This document shows positions 61,301 to 64,000 of a stretch of 64,000 nt of DNA, in pieces; within the stretch, counting starts at the first letter, position 1, and every line of letters starts with the position of its first letter. The notes under the pieces are model-generated. The model was not told where the DNA came from, made no database searches, and worked only from the letters and a program-made list of their open reading frames with translations. This DNA comes from Lama guanicoe (taxonomy: Eukaryota): assembly GCA_013239625.1 (NCBI GenBank), contig MU053933.1:1242001-1306000 (forward strand). Reading direction: 5' to 3'. Made by a program: the position numbers and the translations under genes.

Positions 61301-62719
61301 CGGGGCGCAGGAGCCTCGCTGCGTGGACTTGTCATCTGAAGCAAACCAGCAGGCAGAGACGTCAAAGCCGCCGGCAGCGCCCGCCTGGTGGGGGCTGAGC
61401 AATGCGGCTTTTTTCAGCCTGACAACCTGCAAGCAGCAGGAGAGGGGAGAGGCGATGAAGGTGCCGCTCGCCCTGCCAAGCGGGGGGGTGAGATGGGAAG
61501 CCGTGCGGGGTGCGCTGACGTCCACGGTCCCCGGGGCAGATGGGGTGGGCGGGGGAGCTGCTCCCCGGGGAGAAGCTGTCACTCGGCCTCTGGTTCTCGG
61601 CTGCTGAGGTTGTTCCCCGACTTGGGGCTTCAGAGACCACTGCTGACGCTGGGAGGCTGCAGGACCAGAAAATCCATGTACCAGGTGAAGTTCGCCTGCC
61701 TTTTCCTCCCCGAGAAGACTCATTAGGAAGTGTGTGTGGCCTTGCTGTTGGGGAAATAAAAACCAAGTAAGGACCGTGGAACGCACCGGAGCTTCACCGG
61801 GCACAGTTCTTCCCGTAACACAGGCGGTCCTCAGCTGAGACAGCCTGCACGGAGCCAACATGCCGCGGGCCGGGGTCTCTACGGGCCCCCAGCCCCCTCC
61901 GTGGGAGGGCGACGCCTGGTGATGTGCACATGGGCCCCCAGGCAGCCAACGTGGTGATGGCGCTGCGTAACCACGCACACTGGGGCCTGGTCCCAGGACG
62001 GCCCTTCCCCGCAGGGGCCCCAGGAAGCTGCAGCGTCAGGACAAACCTCCAGTTCTCGGCTGACCCAGCCGCATGCCCCACTCACGGGGAGGCGGGTTCG
62101 GAATTGGGAGGAAGACCCTCCCAGCAGGTGCTGTTTGGGGAGGGCCCTCACCTGGTTCTGGTTTGGACGCAGACCAGCTGATGAGCTGAATCACCTGCGC
62201 GGTGGCTTTGGGGGCCTGACCACACCGGACCCTCCCACTCCGTCAGAAGGGCCTGTACCCGGCAGCCTCCACCTCCTGGGGCCGCTCCCATGCCGGCCCG
62301 GCTTGCACTGGCCCCGGAGCTGGGGAGCGCGGCTCGCCCTCGCTGTCCTTGCAGGTCGTGGAACCCAATGCCCCTTGATGTCATCGCATCCCCCGCTCAC
62401 GCCACCTGCGGGGACCTGCTCGCCCCAGCAGACCCAGCAGACCCACCCTGTGTGTGGTTGGAGCGTGGTCTTCGCCCCAGCACGCCAGCTGGGGTGGCTC
62501 TGAGGGCCCCTGCAGGGCCACCCGGCTCTCGGGCCCTCCTCTGGCAGCTGGGAGCCTCCCTCCCGCTCCCCTTGGCAGACGGACTGAGTCGCCCGGGCCT
62601 TTCTGCCCTTTGCCCGCCAGCCGTGGGGACCCCGGGAACCCAGTCCCCACAGTGATGACAGGGTCTGCCTGACACCTGTGCCTCACTGAGGGGCCCGAGG
62701 GCGGGGGCAGGGCGGGTGT

Positions 62720-62823
62720 GTGTGTGCACATTGCACGTGCCTGTGCACTTGCTCACCCTAAAGTACACGTCATACACAACATTGTAAAATGACTGTGACT
62801 CAATAAAAAATGTTTAAAAAAAA
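62720..62823 (+). mobile_element. Very short L1 3' terminus
   Basis: ACACAACATTGTAAAATGACTGTGACTCAATAAAAAATGTTTAAAAAAAA. Confidence 0.65.
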
Positions 62824-63559
62824 TACACAGTACTGCATGTGACCCAATTTGATCCCTTTCTGCTACATTTTGTCGAGATTATTCTTCTGGGCTGTCAATT
62901 CTAACGTGCGCTGCGCCGTTTCCTGAGCTGCCCTAGCTGCTCCACGGGCTGGTCAGTTTGGGAAACACCGCCACAGCCCAAAGGCTGAGGAGCTCAAGCT
63001 CTTCCAGGTTTGCTGGCCAGTCCATCCTCCCTGACTCCCACACCCCACAGGCAAGAGAGGAGCCCGCTGAGAGGACTCTGAAACTCTCCGGGAGGTTTCT
63101 ATCAACACTGTGGGGGGTGGGGGGCCCAGACAGGCTGCAAGCCCTCGGGCTGTGCGAGGGACACCGGAAGGGGATGCAGAGCCGCCTGGCTGGGTGCCCC
63201 CGCATGCTCGGGGATCAGACCCACCGGGCAAACCCCACAACACCCTCACACCAGAATGCCTGTCCTCTCCTTGACTCCCACGGGTGAGTCTGAGCACCGA
63301 ACAAAGCGTCAACATCTAACAGGAAGCTCTGAATAATGTTGCAGAGGGATGTTAATTACAAGGCGAGAGTCACGCCACCGGGCAGTGGTGACGATCAGAG
63401 CCTTGCAGACGGGCTGTGCTGGGAAGCTGCTTGAGCGTCAGAGGCCACGGCCGGTTTCTTCCTCTGCAAGTGGGGTTCTGATGGCTCCTACCCAAAGGGC
63501 TGAAAGGCTCACAGGGCTGACACGTGGGAAGCTTTGGCACAGTGCATCACGGAGGAAGG

Positions 63560-63905
63560 GGTCACGGGCTGAACTGTGCCTCCCCCCGCCCCCACTGACA
63601 TGGGGAAGCCCTAACCCTCAGTCCCTCAGAATGTGACTGTGGTTGGAGAGAAGGCCTTTAAAGAGGTAGCTAAGTTAAAGTGAAGTTGCACTGGTGGGTT
63701 CTAACCCAAGGTGGTTTGCATCCTTGTAAGAGAGGAGATCAGGACAGAAACACACAGAGAAAAGGCCACATGAGGACATGGAGGGGAGACGGCCGTCCAC
63801 ACGCCAGGGAGAGGGCCCTCGGGAGAAGCCAGCCTGCCCACACCTGGATCCCCAGTCCAGCCTCCAAACTGTGAGAGAATAAATGTCTGTGGTCCGAGCC
63901 CGCGG
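63560..63905 (+). mobile_element. MaLR LTR (MLT1A/B-like)
   Basis: GGGCTGAACTGTG...CCTCAGAATGTGACTGT...GGCCTTTAAAGAGG...CAGCCTCCAAACTGTGAGAGAATAAATGTCTGT. Confidence 0.88.
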
Positions 63906-64000
63906 CCTCCAGCCCAGCCCTCCAAGTGGGTCTCAGCAGGCAAGAGCTGCCACCAGCCTCGCTGCTGCAGGGACTCTCTGGTGTGTGAAGCGCACATTTG

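Noticed and set aside
7300..64000. A second protein-coding gene or a novel multi-gene system downstream of CRYAA
   Set aside because: No ORF shows recognisable domains, and I could not assemble a consistent exon chain. Short exons or lncRNAs cannot be excluded without RNA-seq or a homology search.

Overview
This is GC-rich mammalian genomic DNA, most likely from a camelid (camel, alpaca or llama), judging by three Vic-1-type tRNA-derived SINEs and the crystallin sequence. The only protein-coding gene I can support is an intact three-exon CRYAA (alpha-A crystallin, 173 aa; CDS join 4141..4329, 5539..5661, 6528..6737, + strand), with its proximal promoter and poly(A) signal. The remaining ~56 kb is gene-poor intergenic DNA containing MaLR/ERV solo LTRs, L1/L2/MIR/MER5 fossils, microsatellites and several AT-rich, motif-dense candidate enhancers. 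The main observations are: (1) a frameshifted 70-nt relic of the alternative alpha-A-ins exon in intron 1, with a damaged GC donor; (2) short patches in old L1 copies where substitutions run almost only A/T->G/C, suggesting fossil GC-biased gene conversion hotspots; (3) a non-canonical TACATAA TATA box; (4) a CTCF site with an upstream module ~2.2 kb past the poly(A) signal; (5) a twin-primed, 5'-inverted L1. I found no evidence of a new multi-gene system. The hundreds of other ORFs look like artefacts of GC-rich DNA. Repeat family names come from recognising consensus-like motifs by eye, not from a search.
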